Assembly (NCBI GenBank): GCA_031385045.1
Contig: JANNBC010000007.1
Coordinates: 1 to 64,000 of the forward strand
Direction: 5' to 3'
DNA: 64,000 bases
From: a bacterium
Lineage (GTDB): Bacteria > Bdellovibrionota_C > UBA2361 > CALJRW01
Shown: positions 10,296 through 20,264 of the stretch, piece by piece
Numbering within the stretch: the stretch's first letter is position 1
Layout of the letters: each line of letters begins with the position of its first letter
The notes under the pieces: generated by a model
Told to the model about the DNA's origin: nothing
The model's input: only the letters and a program-made list of their open reading frames with translations
The model's database searches: none
Program-made: the position numbers and the translations under genes

Positions 10296-12377
10296 TTAGC
10301 TGTAATTCCAGGTTCCTAAGGGTTCAATACTCACTGCAGGATCAATCTCATTATAACTAATCACAGAGTAAGTTAATCCATTTTCGATGAGTAATGAATT
10401 TAGCTTTAGACGCAATTCATTTGGTACTAACAACATGACTGAATAATTCGATTTAGCAGCAACACTATCATATACGGTTTCTAAAGATTTCAGTAGTTGT
10501 TTTTTTACGCTTCGATCCTGCTTTGAGGCTTGCAATAAAGAATGTTTTAGGTCGGCTCCAGCATAGATTACTTTGAGACTTTTCTTATGATTCAAATGGC
10601 TGGCAACAATTTGTCGCTTATTCTGCATTCTTAAAAAATCAACAATATCGGAGATATTAAATTCATTAGCTTGGATTAAATCCTTACCATAGGAGGAACT
10701 ATAAACTGCTAAATCCTCCAGTAACGTTCGAACATTCTTGTAATAAAGCCCAGAGCGAAAAAGGGCATTAGAAAGCTCTAGCAATCTAGCCGAATTAAAA
10801 AAGTTGTTGGCAAATAATTCAGTAAATAATCCTGGGAAATGGTTCTCAATTTCTTTAATTGATAAATGAATATTGGTTAACGTAAAAAGTTGCTCTGGAT
10901 TCCTAAAATAGAAATCTTTCGCTTGGATAATAATAAACTGTAAGGCATCTAACACGGCCAACTGCGCATTCGATTTTAGACTCCTGACTAAACTAGAATC
11001 TAAAACTAAGGAGACACGGCGCTGAGAAATTGGCGCTCGTACTGATTTAATTGTTTTAATTCCATAACAAGCAAGCTGCTCACTAGCAATCTCTACATAG
11101 CAAGTCTGCGCAGAAATATTACCATGATAAAAGGAATAATCTTTATTAATCAAATTAAACTCACCAGCAGAATATTCAGGACGAAGCAATAATTGAAAAT
11201 CTGGCAAATCAACTCCATAATTCTCCTGAAATTGTAGTTGCTCCTGTTTCCACCATTCAAAATAAAAGTTTTGATTAAGACTAAAAATTTTAATCAAATC
11301 AGCTGATAAATATATTTTCAAATTTGAATTGTAGGACACTGAACTAGATAGCATCTTAGCATGTGAACTTGTTCCGCTAATTTGCCTAATCTGAGGAGTA
11401 TTGGAATAGAGAATCTGCCGGCCCTCAGCATCGAAACGAATAAAGAACCCCAGAAAAACAAAAATAAATGAGGCAAACAAAAATGGCCAAACGGGAAGTC
11501 CCGGCAAGAAGCCAATAAAGGCAGTTACTACTGCTGCCGTAAATAAAATTTTTCGATTGCGAAGTAGCTGACTTACTAAGTCAGAACTAAGTGTTGATGT
11601 ATTTTCAGTAGAAACACGGGTCACCACAAAACCAGCACAACTTGAAACTAATAAGGCTGGTATTTGAGTGACAAGTCCATCACCAATTGTTAGCACAGTA
11701 TAGGTTTGTAAAGCATCTCCGAAGCTCAAACCAGATCGCAATCCTAAATACATTCCGCCAAACATATTGGCACAGATAATGAAAATTCCAGCTATCGCAT
11801 CTCCTTGGACAAACTTCATTGCTCCATCCATTGATCCATAGACTTGGCTTTCTTTCCGTAAATCTTCTCGGCGCTTTTTAGCATCCTCTGCCGAAATCAA
11901 ACCAGTGCGTAGGTCAGAATCAATTGTTAATTGCTTTCCAGGTAAGGCATCAAGTGTAAACCGAGCAGCCACTTCCGAAACACGCGAAGCACCACGAGTG
12001 ATTACAATTAAATTGATAATTGTCAGCATTAAGAAAATAATAATCCCAACAACTAACTCGCCTTGAATTAAAAATGTGCCGAAGGAATGAATCACTTCTC
12101 CAGCATTCCCTTGACTTAAAATTAGTCGCGAAGATGCCACGTTTAAGCTAAGCCTAAACAATGTAGACAGTAATAAGAGGGTTGGAAAAGTTAATAATGA
12201 AAGAACATTATTTAGCGATAATCCAATTAGGAGTAATAACAATGAAAATGCAATATTACCCGCAATTAAAACGTCTAGTAACGCAGTCGGTAATGGCACA
12301 AAAAGTAATGCAGCAACGCATAATACAAATAATGCTATAAAAAAATCACTATTTATATTTCTTAAAAATTTAAGCAT
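10296..12377 (-). CDS. sctV: FlhA/SctV (FHIPEP family) type III export gate protein
   Basis: FPTLLL..TLFRLSLNVASSRLIL, RVSEVAARFTLDALPGKQ.TIDSDL, YGSMDGAMKFVQGDAIAG, TIGDGLVTQIPALL, terminal VISYNEI. Confidence 0.9.
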   Translation of the reverse strand: MLKFLRNINSDFFIALFVLCVAALLFVPLPTALLDVLIAGNIAFSLLLLLIGLSLNNVLSLLTFPTLLLLSTLFRLSLNVASSRLILSQGNAGEVIHSFGTFLIQGELVVGIIIFLMLTIINLIVITRGASRVSEVAARFTLDALPGKQLTIDSDLRTGLISAEDAKKRREDLRKESQVYGSMDGAMKFVQGDAIAGIFIICANMFGGMYLGLRSGLSFGDALQTYTVLTIGDGLVTQIPALLVSSCAGFVVTRVSTENTSTLSSDLVSQLLRNRKILFTAAVVTAFIGFLPGLPVWPFLFASFIFVFLGFFIRFDAEGRQILYSNTPQIRQISGTSSHAKMLSSSVSYNSNLKIYLSADLIKIFSLNQNFYFEWWKQEQLQFQENYGVDLPDFQLLLRPEYSAGEFNLINKDYSFYHGNISAQTCYVEIASEQLACYGIKTIKSVRAPISQRRVSLVLDSSLVRSLKSNAQLAVLDALQFIIIQAKDFYFRNPEQLFTLTNIHLSIKEIENHFPGLFTELFANNFFNSARLLELSNALFRSGLYYKNVRTLLEDLAVYSSSYGKDLIQANEFNISDIVDFLRMQNKRQIVASHLNHKKSLKVIYAGADLKHSLLQASKQDRSVKKQLLKSLETVYDSVAAKSNYSVMLLVPNELRLKLNSLLIENGLTYSVISYNEIDPAVSIEPLGTWNYS

Positions 12378-12437
12378 TAAAATTTATCATATCCTTAAAT
12401 ACATTTGTCTCAATACTCTTCTAATCTCACCAATAAC

Positions 12438-13367
12438 TTATAAGTTCTTTTTAATTTTGATCATGATCCCAATCATTAACGTTCCCATGAAGGCTACGAA
12501 AACTAGTGCTACTGGTCCAGTTGCCTGCAATTCCAATCGTTTAATCTTAGAATCAATTTGAGTTTCACGCTGACTTGAAACAGCATTAGCTAATTCTTGA
12601 AGCTGGTGAGAGATCTCCCCCCCGTGCTTTGATACTTGAGCCAAAGCCATAAAAGCATGTTTTAACTCTGGATGTCCGGATTTCGTTCCAATTTCATTCA
12701 TTGCCTCTTCTAGACTAACCCCAGTTCGGATATATCTTTCAGCGTGAAAGATTAATTCCGTCACGACATTATGCGAATCACGCTCATCGGCCATTTGAAT
12801 CACACGCTGTAAGCAGGGGCCAATATCTAAAGAACTACTAACTCCAATGGCGATCTGTTCAATTACCAGTGGCAAATAATACATGATTTCTTCATAACGA
12901 TTCTTAATTAGACGGTCTAAATAAAAACCTGGTAATGTAAGGCCAGCTAAAATTCCAATCACTAATCCAAATAAGACTAACCCCTTGCCCAACATAAAAT
13001 ATGTAATAACAGCCATCACAAAACCAGCGACAAAAGGAACATACAGTCGAAATTTTTTAAAGTTATCCCTTTGTTGATTGCTTAAGAGTCCGGCATGATA
13101 ATAGCGCTCTTCTTCGGTAACCTTAATTTTTTTCTTAGAGTAATTTCTCCTTTGAGTTTCTGTAATTTCTCTAATATCCTCATTGGCTTCAGCCATTTTT
13201 TCACGAACAGAATTTTTATTGGCAGAAGATAAATTTGGTCGTGTAACTTTAATTAAATTTTCTAAGTTATTTTCTTTCTTCCGAGTTAACATTAGATAAG
13301 CAAAGACCCCGACAAAAATCAGTAGAAAGAAAATAATTAAAATTATGAGTAGTGTATTAACGTTCAT
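12438..13367 (-). CDS. tadC: Tad pilus platform protein TadC (T2SS F family)
   Basis: TM helices plus T2SSF domain (GVSLEEAM...QVSKHGGEISHQLQELA); directly follows tadB. Confidence 0.8.
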   Translation of the reverse strand: MNVNTLLIILIIFFLLIFVGVFAYLMLTRKKENNLENLIKVTRPNLSSANKNSVREKMAEANEDIREITETQRRNYSKKKIKVTEEERYYHAGLLSNQQRDNFKKFRLYVPFVAGFVMAVITYFMLGKGLVLFGLVIGILAGLTLPGFYLDRLIKNRYEEIMYYLPLVIEQIAIGVSSSLDIGPCLQRVIQMADERDSHNVVTELIFHAERYIRTGVSLEEAMNEIGTKSGHPELKHAFMALAQVSKHGGEISHQLQELANAVSSQRETQIDSKIKRLELQATGPVALVFVAFMGTLMIGIMIKIKKNL

Positions 13368-14339
13368 TTATACCTTGATTTTTGTTACTTGTCGGACCCA
13401 TAAAATACCAATGAAGATAGTCACAACAGCTCCTTGCCATACCAACCAACCAAAATCATCATGAATTGCTGTCATGATTAAATCTGGACTAGTAATTAAG
13501 ATATATCCTTCTAAGGCGACCATGATACCTAAGATTACCCAAATAGATCCTCGTTGCAGAGATACGGCAGCCTCAGCAGAAGAACGGAAAAATTGTCTTT
13601 TACGAACTTGCTGGGAGAGACGATCTAAGGTGTCAGATAAATTACCCCCAAGACGTCGACTTAAAATTACAGCTTGAACAAACAATTCAATTTCAGGATG
13701 ATTAATGTCTTCACCAAAGGCACCAATCGATTTATCCTCAGAAACACCTAACTTTAAACGATCTAACATAAGAGTGACTTCCTCGCGAACCAGAGAATCA
13801 GGATTTAATCCCTCAGCAGCAGATTGAATTGCGGTAACTACGTTCATCCCGATCCGTAACATACTTACAACGTTAAGTAGAAATGATGGGTAGTCTTTAT
13901 CAAAGGCTTTAAAGCGCCGATTCATCGCCAGGCCAACTAAAAAATTCATGACGATCGGACCGGTAAATATTGTAAAACAGATAATTGGCCAATCAAAAAA
14001 TATATTAGCCATGAAAACAGCTACTAAACTAATTACAACTTGTAAGACTCTAAAAACAATTGGCGGCATTTTCCAACGGGCATAACGCAATTTTTTTTCA
14101 ATCGTCATCGTGCCCGAGGTAATAACTTTTTTCTCCGCAGTTAAAAGAACTTTATCAAGTTTATTAGCTTTCATTTCAGCCTTGCTCAGGCTTCCATTAC
14201 TACGTTGAGCCTGCATGATATTTTGAATTTGGCTTTTGTTGGTAGTTTTTTTGGAGACACTACTGCCAAACAATAGATAAAGAATAACTCCAAAAATCAA
14301 AAAAACTAAAAAAACTATTCCAATAATTAGGATATTCAT
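13368..14339 (-). CDS. tadB: Tad pilus platform protein TadB
   Basis: F...YPSFL..VVSMLRIG and LFVQAVILSRRLGGNLSDTLDRLS.QVRKR, a TadB signature. Confidence 0.85.
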   Translation of the reverse strand: MNILIIGIVFLVFLIFGVILYLLFGSSVSKKTTNKSQIQNIMQAQRSNGSLSKAEMKANKLDKVLLTAEKKVITSGTMTIEKKLRYARWKMPPIVFRVLQVVISLVAVFMANIFFDWPIICFTIFTGPIVMNFLVGLAMNRRFKAFDKDYPSFLLNVVSMLRIGMNVVTAIQSAAEGLNPDSLVREEVTLMLDRLKLGVSEDKSIGAFGEDINHPEIELFVQAVILSRRLGGNLSDTLDRLSQQVRKRQFFRSSAEAAVSLQRGSIWVILGIMVALEGYILITSPDLIMTAIHDDFGWLVWQGAVVTIFIGILWVRQVTKIKV

Positions 14340-14455
14340 TTCGAATGATCTTTATAACTAAAGCTTAACTCGCACCTGTGTTCAAAACTTTCTTTTTTGA
14401 GATACTCATAGCTAGTTTACCCATAATTTTCTAAGGGCACCTACTTAATTTACTA

Positions 14456-14723
14456 TATAGTAAACCCAAAAAATAATTTCCGAAAAATTAGCAAAAATAA
14501 ATACCTTAGGAGTTAATTAAATTCCTTAAGGAATTAGTATAATTCAAGAAAGATCTTTGCTAAACCTTCGGTTTAACAGAGCTTATTCTTGGTTTTACTA
14601 TATTTATCTTTTGGCTACCTCCTTCGCCTTTCATGCTTCGGAGGTTAAACCCGCTGGTCGCAAACTATACTCATACTCTTTATTTTAATTTCCTTACGGA
14701 AATTACTTTTTGGAATGACTATA
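14456..14723 (+). repeat. Dispersed composite hairpin element, copy A (MITE/REPIN-like)
   Basis: Unit 14456-14602 (TATAGTAAACCC...GGTTTTACTATA), spacer with REP-like hairpin 14618-14644, unit 14666-14723; homologous to 38066-38302 and, inverted, to 46990-47241. Confidence 0.85.
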
Positions 14724-14883
14724 TTATTTAGAGTATAAAATTAAATATGATGAATGGGAATAACCTTTAGTTTCAATTCTTTATCTTAAGTTTCGGCTAA
14801 AGTAAGATTGTAGTTACAAAAAATTGCTAAAAGCCGGGACAACTGACCAAATAGTTTAATCTATGAAAGTTCCAAGAAAGTAA

Positions 14884-16398
14884 CTATCTAAGACCGCCAG
14901 AGCCAGCTGTGTTTAAGGTAACCTCAGTTGGAAGATTGCCAAGGAAAATATTGTCATCAGCTAAGACCTCTTCAAAGTTACTAGCCCAAGAATCAACTCT
15001 CCAAACTGGCTGTTGCCCAGATTTTACTAAAGTAAACATAGGACGAACTTGAATTTGACCCTCTACGTAATGACCGATTTCAACAACCTCCGCAATTCGT
15101 GGTTTACCAGTTCCTTTTTCACGAACTAGCCAGACTACTAAATCAACAGCTAAGGCAATCTGTTGGCGAATAATATCTACAGAAACTGATTTTTGAGCGC
15201 GCCCCAATAAGCTTTCCAAACGCACTAGTGTTTCTTTGGCGTTACGAGCGTGAATCGTGGACATTCCAACGTGACCAGTTTGAGCTGACTCTAAGAAAGC
15301 TTCAGCGGATAATGGTGTTCTCATCTCCCCAAGTAGTACCCTAGTCGGAGTCATCCGCAGAGTCGTTTTAATATGTTCTTGTAAGGTAACTTCCCCAATT
15401 CCTTCAGAGTTAGGCGCTCGAGAAACTAGACATCGATAAAATGGGTGGAGTAAGTTTAATTCCGGAGTATCTTCCACACTAACAATTGCTTCATCGGGAC
15501 CAAATTGTGAGGCTAAACAACGCATTAATGTTGTTTTCCCTGTTCCCGTCTCTCCAGCTAACATCATGGTACAAAGTCCAGATCGTGTTAACGAGGCTAA
15601 ATAGTCTACAATAATTGGAGGTGCAACTTGATAGGCAACAACACTATCCAATGTTGCTTCCACAATTCTTGGAACACGAATACAAAGATAAGGCCCACGC
15701 GCACCACAAACACTTTCATGCACAGCACAAATACGAATACCATTTCCAAAGGAAGCATCAATTGTATGCTGCGCAGTTGATAACGACTTACCAAGTCTCA
15801 ATAGAATTCGATCGATAAATGAAACATAGGCTTGGTGATTCGGCCAATTGATACCAGTAATTTCACTATTTTTACCTCTTTGCAAAACCACAGTGCGGTA
15901 ATCATAGACGTGAACATCAGTAATTTCTGGATTATCAATTAATGGCTGTAAAACCCCCCACCCTAATAAATCTTTTTGAAGGTGAATAATGATATTCGCT
16001 TTTTCTAAGTCATCTAGTGTTTCCGCGCGCTTTTTTAAAACACGATCAACTGCTCTGGTAATATTAGCTTCACTTACATCCGATCCATTTTCATCGGAGA
16101 TATTAAATTCATTTCCTAACTCTCGACGAACTTCTTTAAGAATCGTGTTACCTAAGGTTGATAAGCTAGAGGATCTGATTGCGGAGCCACTACCCAAACG
16201 AGCTCCTAACTGACCACTTAATTTTTGTGTATCACGACGATTGTTATTATTACCTGTTGGATTACTAGAAGCGACTGTTGCTGAGGGAGTAGGAGTACCG
16301 CTACTCGGCATTTCTGTACCCTTACTATCAGTAGTCAATCTTGCCCGACTACTACGAGTAGAAAACAAGCCACTTAAATCGTTGTCTTTATCTGACAT
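14884..16398 (-). CDS. cpaF: Tad pilus assembly ATPase CpaF/TadA
   Basis: LGWGVLQPLIDNPEITDV, Walker A GETGTGKTT, VEDTPEL, LRMTPTRVLLGEMR, TGHVGMSTIHA. ATG 16398 preferred over the ORF-track start at 16431. Confidence 0.93.
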   Translation of the reverse strand: MSDKDNDLSGLFSTRSSRARLTTDSKGTEMPSSGTPTPSATVASSNPTGNNNNRRDTQKLSGQLGARLGSGSAIRSSSLSTLGNTILKEVRRELGNEFNISDENGSDVSEANITRAVDRVLKKRAETLDDLEKANIIIHLQKDLLGWGVLQPLIDNPEITDVHVYDYRTVVLQRGKNSEITGINWPNHQAYVSFIDRILLRLGKSLSTAQHTIDASFGNGIRICAVHESVCGARGPYLCIRVPRIVEATLDSVVAYQVAPPIIVDYLASLTRSGLCTMMLAGETGTGKTTLMRCLASQFGPDEAIVSVEDTPELNLLHPFYRCLVSRAPNSEGIGEVTLQEHIKTTLRMTPTRVLLGEMRTPLSAEAFLESAQTGHVGMSTIHARNAKETLVRLESLLGRAQKSVSVDIIRQQIALAVDLVVWLVREKGTGKPRIAEVVEIGHYVEGQIQVRPMFTLVKSGQQPVWRVDSWASNFEEVLADDNIFLGNLPTEVTLNTAGSGGLR

Positions 16399-16471
16399 CT
16401 TACTTAATCTCAAAAATTTAATATTGAGCAAGAAAAGTAATTAAACTCTTTCTGCTCAAATTTATAATGAA

Positions 16472-17362
16472 CTAGCTACACTTACCATTTTCATCTGCTT
16501 CAATCATATCGCCATTAGCACAGATACATTTCGTTTCTCCACCAACAACCAAGCGCCCAGGACAACTTCTCTTCGCCTCCATTTGAACCGCAGCTCTTTG
16601 GAGATTCATCACGTTCGGCATATCAATGGATGATGCTGGATTAGCAATATCATCATCGGGATTTCGCAGTACAAGATTCAAACGACCGTTCATCGAAGCT
16701 AAGGTAATCTTATTAGCATCATCGGAATTAACTAAAAGCGTTACTGTTGTTGGAACTTTATCAACTGTTTGTTGAGTATTCGCAACAACTGTTCTTTCCG
16801 CAGAGAGCACCTTAGCTTTTTCCACAATAACTTTTAGTACATCTTGAGCATTCACTTTTGTTACCAACTGAACGTCCACTATAGAACCTTTGCGAATCCA
16901 ACCCTCAACGCTCGAAGTATCATCTACTCGAATTGATACAGCACGAAACCCAGCAGGAATCTCTTGAACAATCGGGTTATTACTTCCATACTGAGTTAAA
17001 TAATCTCGATACAAAGGTTGATCTGGTAAAATTAGAGAACGGGAATAAAATCCTTCTGTCGAAGCAAGATCACCAATGACACCTTCAGATAATCCAAATC
17101 GAGATCGCAATTCAATACGAAACATATCGGGAGTAAGTTTTTCGCCGACCTCAATCCGCCTAACTGGAACAACAACATTAGCAAGATTTATATCAGTGTT
17201 GCTTGTGGCAGTGACTTCTACAGCATTACCTTTGCCACTTTTTTTGACTAAAACAACTGCCAAAACCATTAGAATGATCATGAAGAAGCTAGCCACGACT
17301 AAAATCAATGTTCGTTGATCGGGTCCTCTTTTGCTAGGTACTCCACCAAAATGTCTAGACAT
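16472..17362 (-). CDS. cpaB: Flp pilus assembly protein CpaB/RcpC
   Basis: N-terminal TM, SAF-like domain, IPAGFRAVSIRVD..SSVEGWI..GSIVDV, TVTLLV...A..I.LA...GRLNLVLRNP. Confidence 0.9.
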   Translation of the reverse strand: MSRHFGGVPSKRGPDQRTLILVVASFFMIILMVLAVVLVKKSGKGNAVEVTATSNTDINLANVVVPVRRIEVGEKLTPDMFRIELRSRFGLSEGVIGDLASTEGFYSRSLILPDQPLYRDYLTQYGSNNPIVQEIPAGFRAVSIRVDDTSSVEGWIRKGSIVDVQLVTKVNAQDVLKVIVEKAKVLSAERTVVANTQQTVDKVPTTVTLLVNSDDANKITLASMNGRLNLVLRNPDDDIANPASSIDMPNVMNLQRAAVQMEAKRSCPGRLVVGGETKCICANGDMIEADENGKCS

Positions 17363-17387
17363 AAATCATTTCCTATATACTTAACTA

Positions 17388-18545
17388 TTAATTAATTAAC
17401 CCTAACTCGGTGGCAATTGCCTCCAAAGTATTGCGAGTATCTTTTTGTCCCATACTATAAATTGTTCGACCTGTCCCTGGCCAGACAGAGCCTTTAGGAT
17501 CATTTGGCACTGGAGGCAGACTCCATGCTTTATCTGGTAAGTTGTGTTCATTCAAAGCTAATACTATTTGGTTCATATCTAATAATGCACCAGAGTATGG
17601 ATTTAATAAGAATCTAACACGGTTAATATCGGCGACCAAGGTTTTAATATAGCTAAGATATAAATCTACCGCGGTTAAACCTAAAACGGTATCATCTATT
17701 ACAGTTAAAACTATATCGGCATTTCTTAATACTGCTCCAGTTGCTGGTCCCATTCGCCCAGCAGTATCAACAATCACGACCTCAAATAAAACTCTAGCTA
17801 GCTCCATCACACGTTGCACAAGATTGATACTGTCAGTGTGACAAACTAAATCCATTGATTCCGCCATACGATCTGGTGGCATTAGCACGGATACGTCACT
17901 GCTAATTGGAATCAGTGCATCATTTAAGGATTCTCTGGTCACTTCGCGACTACCATTTACCCAAGAGCTAACTACTTTTGCCTCGGCACCATTAACTGTT
18001 AAACCACGACTTAAATCACGTGTCTCCACATCTAAATCCCAAATCATTGTGCGACGACGAAATGCGGAACAGACCTCGGCCAAACCGGCGGCCATAGTCG
18101 TAGCACCTACTCCACCCTTGGCATGAGTAACTGCAATTACAATCCCATCTCTAGTTCGACCAGAGCGACGGAATTCAGCGTGAATCGCGACAAGTTCTTG
18201 TAAGAAATCAAGTGGGGTTGCATTATCTGGAAACACTTTACGAACACCCGCAGAGTGAGCAGCGCGGAAAGCACCTCCTCCATAGGCAGTTTCATTAACA
18301 AACATAATGACATGGAGCCATGGAACCATAGAGGTTGCTTGTCTGGCAATGTTAATTGCCTTTTCACCTAGCCCTGCGCCTAATACTAATACATCGACCT
18401 CATTAACCCTCGAGATATAATCAGCCGGCCCTACAAGTTGCACTTGCAAATCAAGGCTTTCCATATCACTTCGATGAAATGATTCAATTCTTTTGGCACA
18501 TTTAGCTTGTGCTTCAGCAGAAACATCGATAATTAATAATTTCAT
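17388..18545 (-). CDS. cpaE: CpaE/TadZ-like protein (pseudo-receiver + MinD/ParA-like ATPase)
   Basis: Receiver-like N-terminus, deviant Walker A AKGGVGATT, WDLD, VIVDTAG; located in the Tad cluster. Confidence 0.8.
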   Translation of the reverse strand: MKLLIIDVSAEAQAKCAKRIESFHRSDMESLDLQVQLVGPADYISRVNEVDVLVLGAGLGEKAINIARQATSMVPWLHVIMFVNETAYGGGAFRAAHSAGVRKVFPDNATPLDFLQELVAIHAEFRRSGRTRDGIVIAVTHAKGGVGATTMAAGLAEVCSAFRRRTMIWDLDVETRDLSRGLTVNGAEAKVVSSWVNGSREVTRESLNDALIPISSDVSVLMPPDRMAESMDLVCHTDSINLVQRVMELARVLFEVVIVDTAGRMGPATGAVLRNADIVLTVIDDTVLGLTAVDLYLSYIKTLVADINRVRFLLNPYSGALLDMNQIVLALNEHNLPDKAWSLPPVPNDPKGSVWPGTGRTIYSMGQKDTRNTLEAIATELGLIN

Positions 18546-20035
18546 AATCCCACTATTTTAGTCATTCTAACTATTAAAGATTCCAAAACTTGAAAAATAT
18601 CTTCAGGTCCAAATAAAAAATTAATTAAATAATAACCACTGGCGACTCCTAAGACAATTGCTAAAGAGGCAATGAACAGTAATAACAGTCTCTGGAATTG
18701 ATTACGCAACTTTGATGAGAACGACGTTCTATTCAGCATCCGCAAACGCTCTTGGCTAATACTCCCTGTATTAATCTGAACTGACTCAGAATGAGTCATT
18801 GGAGCACTCTGATGACTGCGGTAGGAAGTGCGCTCAATAACACTCTCCAACTTGGAATTATCGTTAACACGGTTGTGGTAATAAGCCGCGATATCAATTA
18901 CCCCAGGCTCAATTGTTGCCGTTTTGGCTAGATTCAACTGATTTAGATTGTTAATATCTGCCTCACTCGCACTATTAACTGGTTGAAAATTAATCTTAAC
19001 ATGTGAATCTGTTCTTTGTCGTGTCCTTTTTGGTGAAGCTGCAGAATCAGACTCACTACTTAATTCTGGAAGTGACGGAGCTAATGCTTCCACTGATTCT
19101 TGATCAAGACTTGGACCTTTAAATTTTGCTGGATCAGAATTGATCAAGGCAGTGCTATTAATAGAAAGAGGACTATTTTGATCTTCTCGATAAATTTTTA
19201 CTAAATCGGTGGCCATAATTGCGGCAGATTGATAGCGATCATCAATTTTTCGGGCTAAGGCTTTAAGTATGATTCGGTCTAATTCAATCGGACATTCAGC
19301 ACGAATAGTACTTGGCGGAGCGGGATCTTCGTTTAGGCGCTTGGTCATTGTGCTATAAACACTATCTCCACGAAAAGGAGCTTGGCCTGTTACTAGCTCA
19401 TAACTGAGTACACCTAAAGCATAAATATCTGACCTCCAATCAACTTTAGATTCTAAGATATACTCTGGACTAACATAATCAATTGTTCCAACTACTCCCC
19501 CATGTTCAGTTAGTTTTGGTCCATGAGCGGTACGAGCAATACCAAAATCAGCGATTTTAACTGAGTTATCGTTGGTCAGTAGAATATTTTCTGGTTTTAA
19601 ATCACGGTGTACAATTCCGGCATCATGAATCGCCTGAACTCCAGCACACATTTGAATCATTAACTTAATTGCAAAATTAATATCAATTAGTTTATCAGCG
19701 CTGATAAACTCCAACAACGTTCCACCATCGATATGCTCCATGGTGTAAGCTATTAAATCGTTATCTCGCACAAGCTCAAAAGAACGAATTACATTGGGAT
19801 GTGAAACTTTATAAGATGCCACGATTTCATTACGAAAGCGTGCCATTGAAACTTGATCGTTTGCTACTTCTGGAAATAAAACTTTAACGGCGAGAATTCT
19901 TCCTGAGAATTCTCGATCACGACAAGCATAGACCAACCCCATACTACCTGACCCTAAAGCCTTTAGTATTTCAAAGCGACCAGCGATGACCGCTCCAGGT
20001 TGTAAATTAAATGTATGCTCTCCAGTCAAATTCAT
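18542..20035 (-). CDS. Hanks-type Ser/Thr protein kinase with C-terminal TM anchor
   Basis: LGSGSMGLVY, AVKVL, HRDLKPEN, DFG, GTIDYVSPE, SDIYALG; TM near the C-terminus. Confidence 0.95.
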   Translation of the reverse strand: MNLTGEHTFNLQPGAVIAGRFEILKALGSGSMGLVYACRDREFSGRILAVKVLFPEVANDQVSMARFRNEIVASYKVSHPNVIRSFELVRDNDLIAYTMEHIDGGTLLEFISADKLIDINFAIKLMIQMCAGVQAIHDAGIVHRDLKPENILLTNDNSVKIADFGIARTAHGPKLTEHGGVVGTIDYVSPEYILESKVDWRSDIYALGVLSYELVTGQAPFRGDSVYSTMTKRLNEDPAPPSTIRAECPIELDRIILKALARKIDDRYQSAAIMATDLVKIYREDQNSPLSINSTALINSDPAKFKGPSLDQESVEALAPSLPELSSESDSAASPKRTRQRTDSHVKINFQPVNSASEADINNLNQLNLAKTATIEPGVIDIAAYYHNRVNDNSKLESVIERTSYRSHQSAPMTHSESVQINTGSISQERLRMLNRTSFSSKLRNQFQRLLLLFIASLAIVLGVASGYYLINFLFGPEDIFQVLESLIVRMTKIVGL

Positions 20036-20264
20036 TACTTTTATAATTGTCTTGGTAAAATAAGAAAATTAATTATTTAAATTTCTTATTGCCACGATAC
20101 CTAAAAGTACTTGAAATTGATCATTTCACCAAGACATTAACCGTGAAGCGTGCTTCGCAGTGAGATTGGATCAAAGAATTTCATTCAGTAAAACCTTTAA
20201 ATATCAGTTTACTTTTTTACTGACTGACAACTTCCAGTAAAAATACTAGCAGTTATACTACTAG

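Noticed and set aside
10296..12377. Flagellar gene cluster
   Set aside because: No flhB, flhF, fli or structural flg genes nearby; the neighbours are tad genes.
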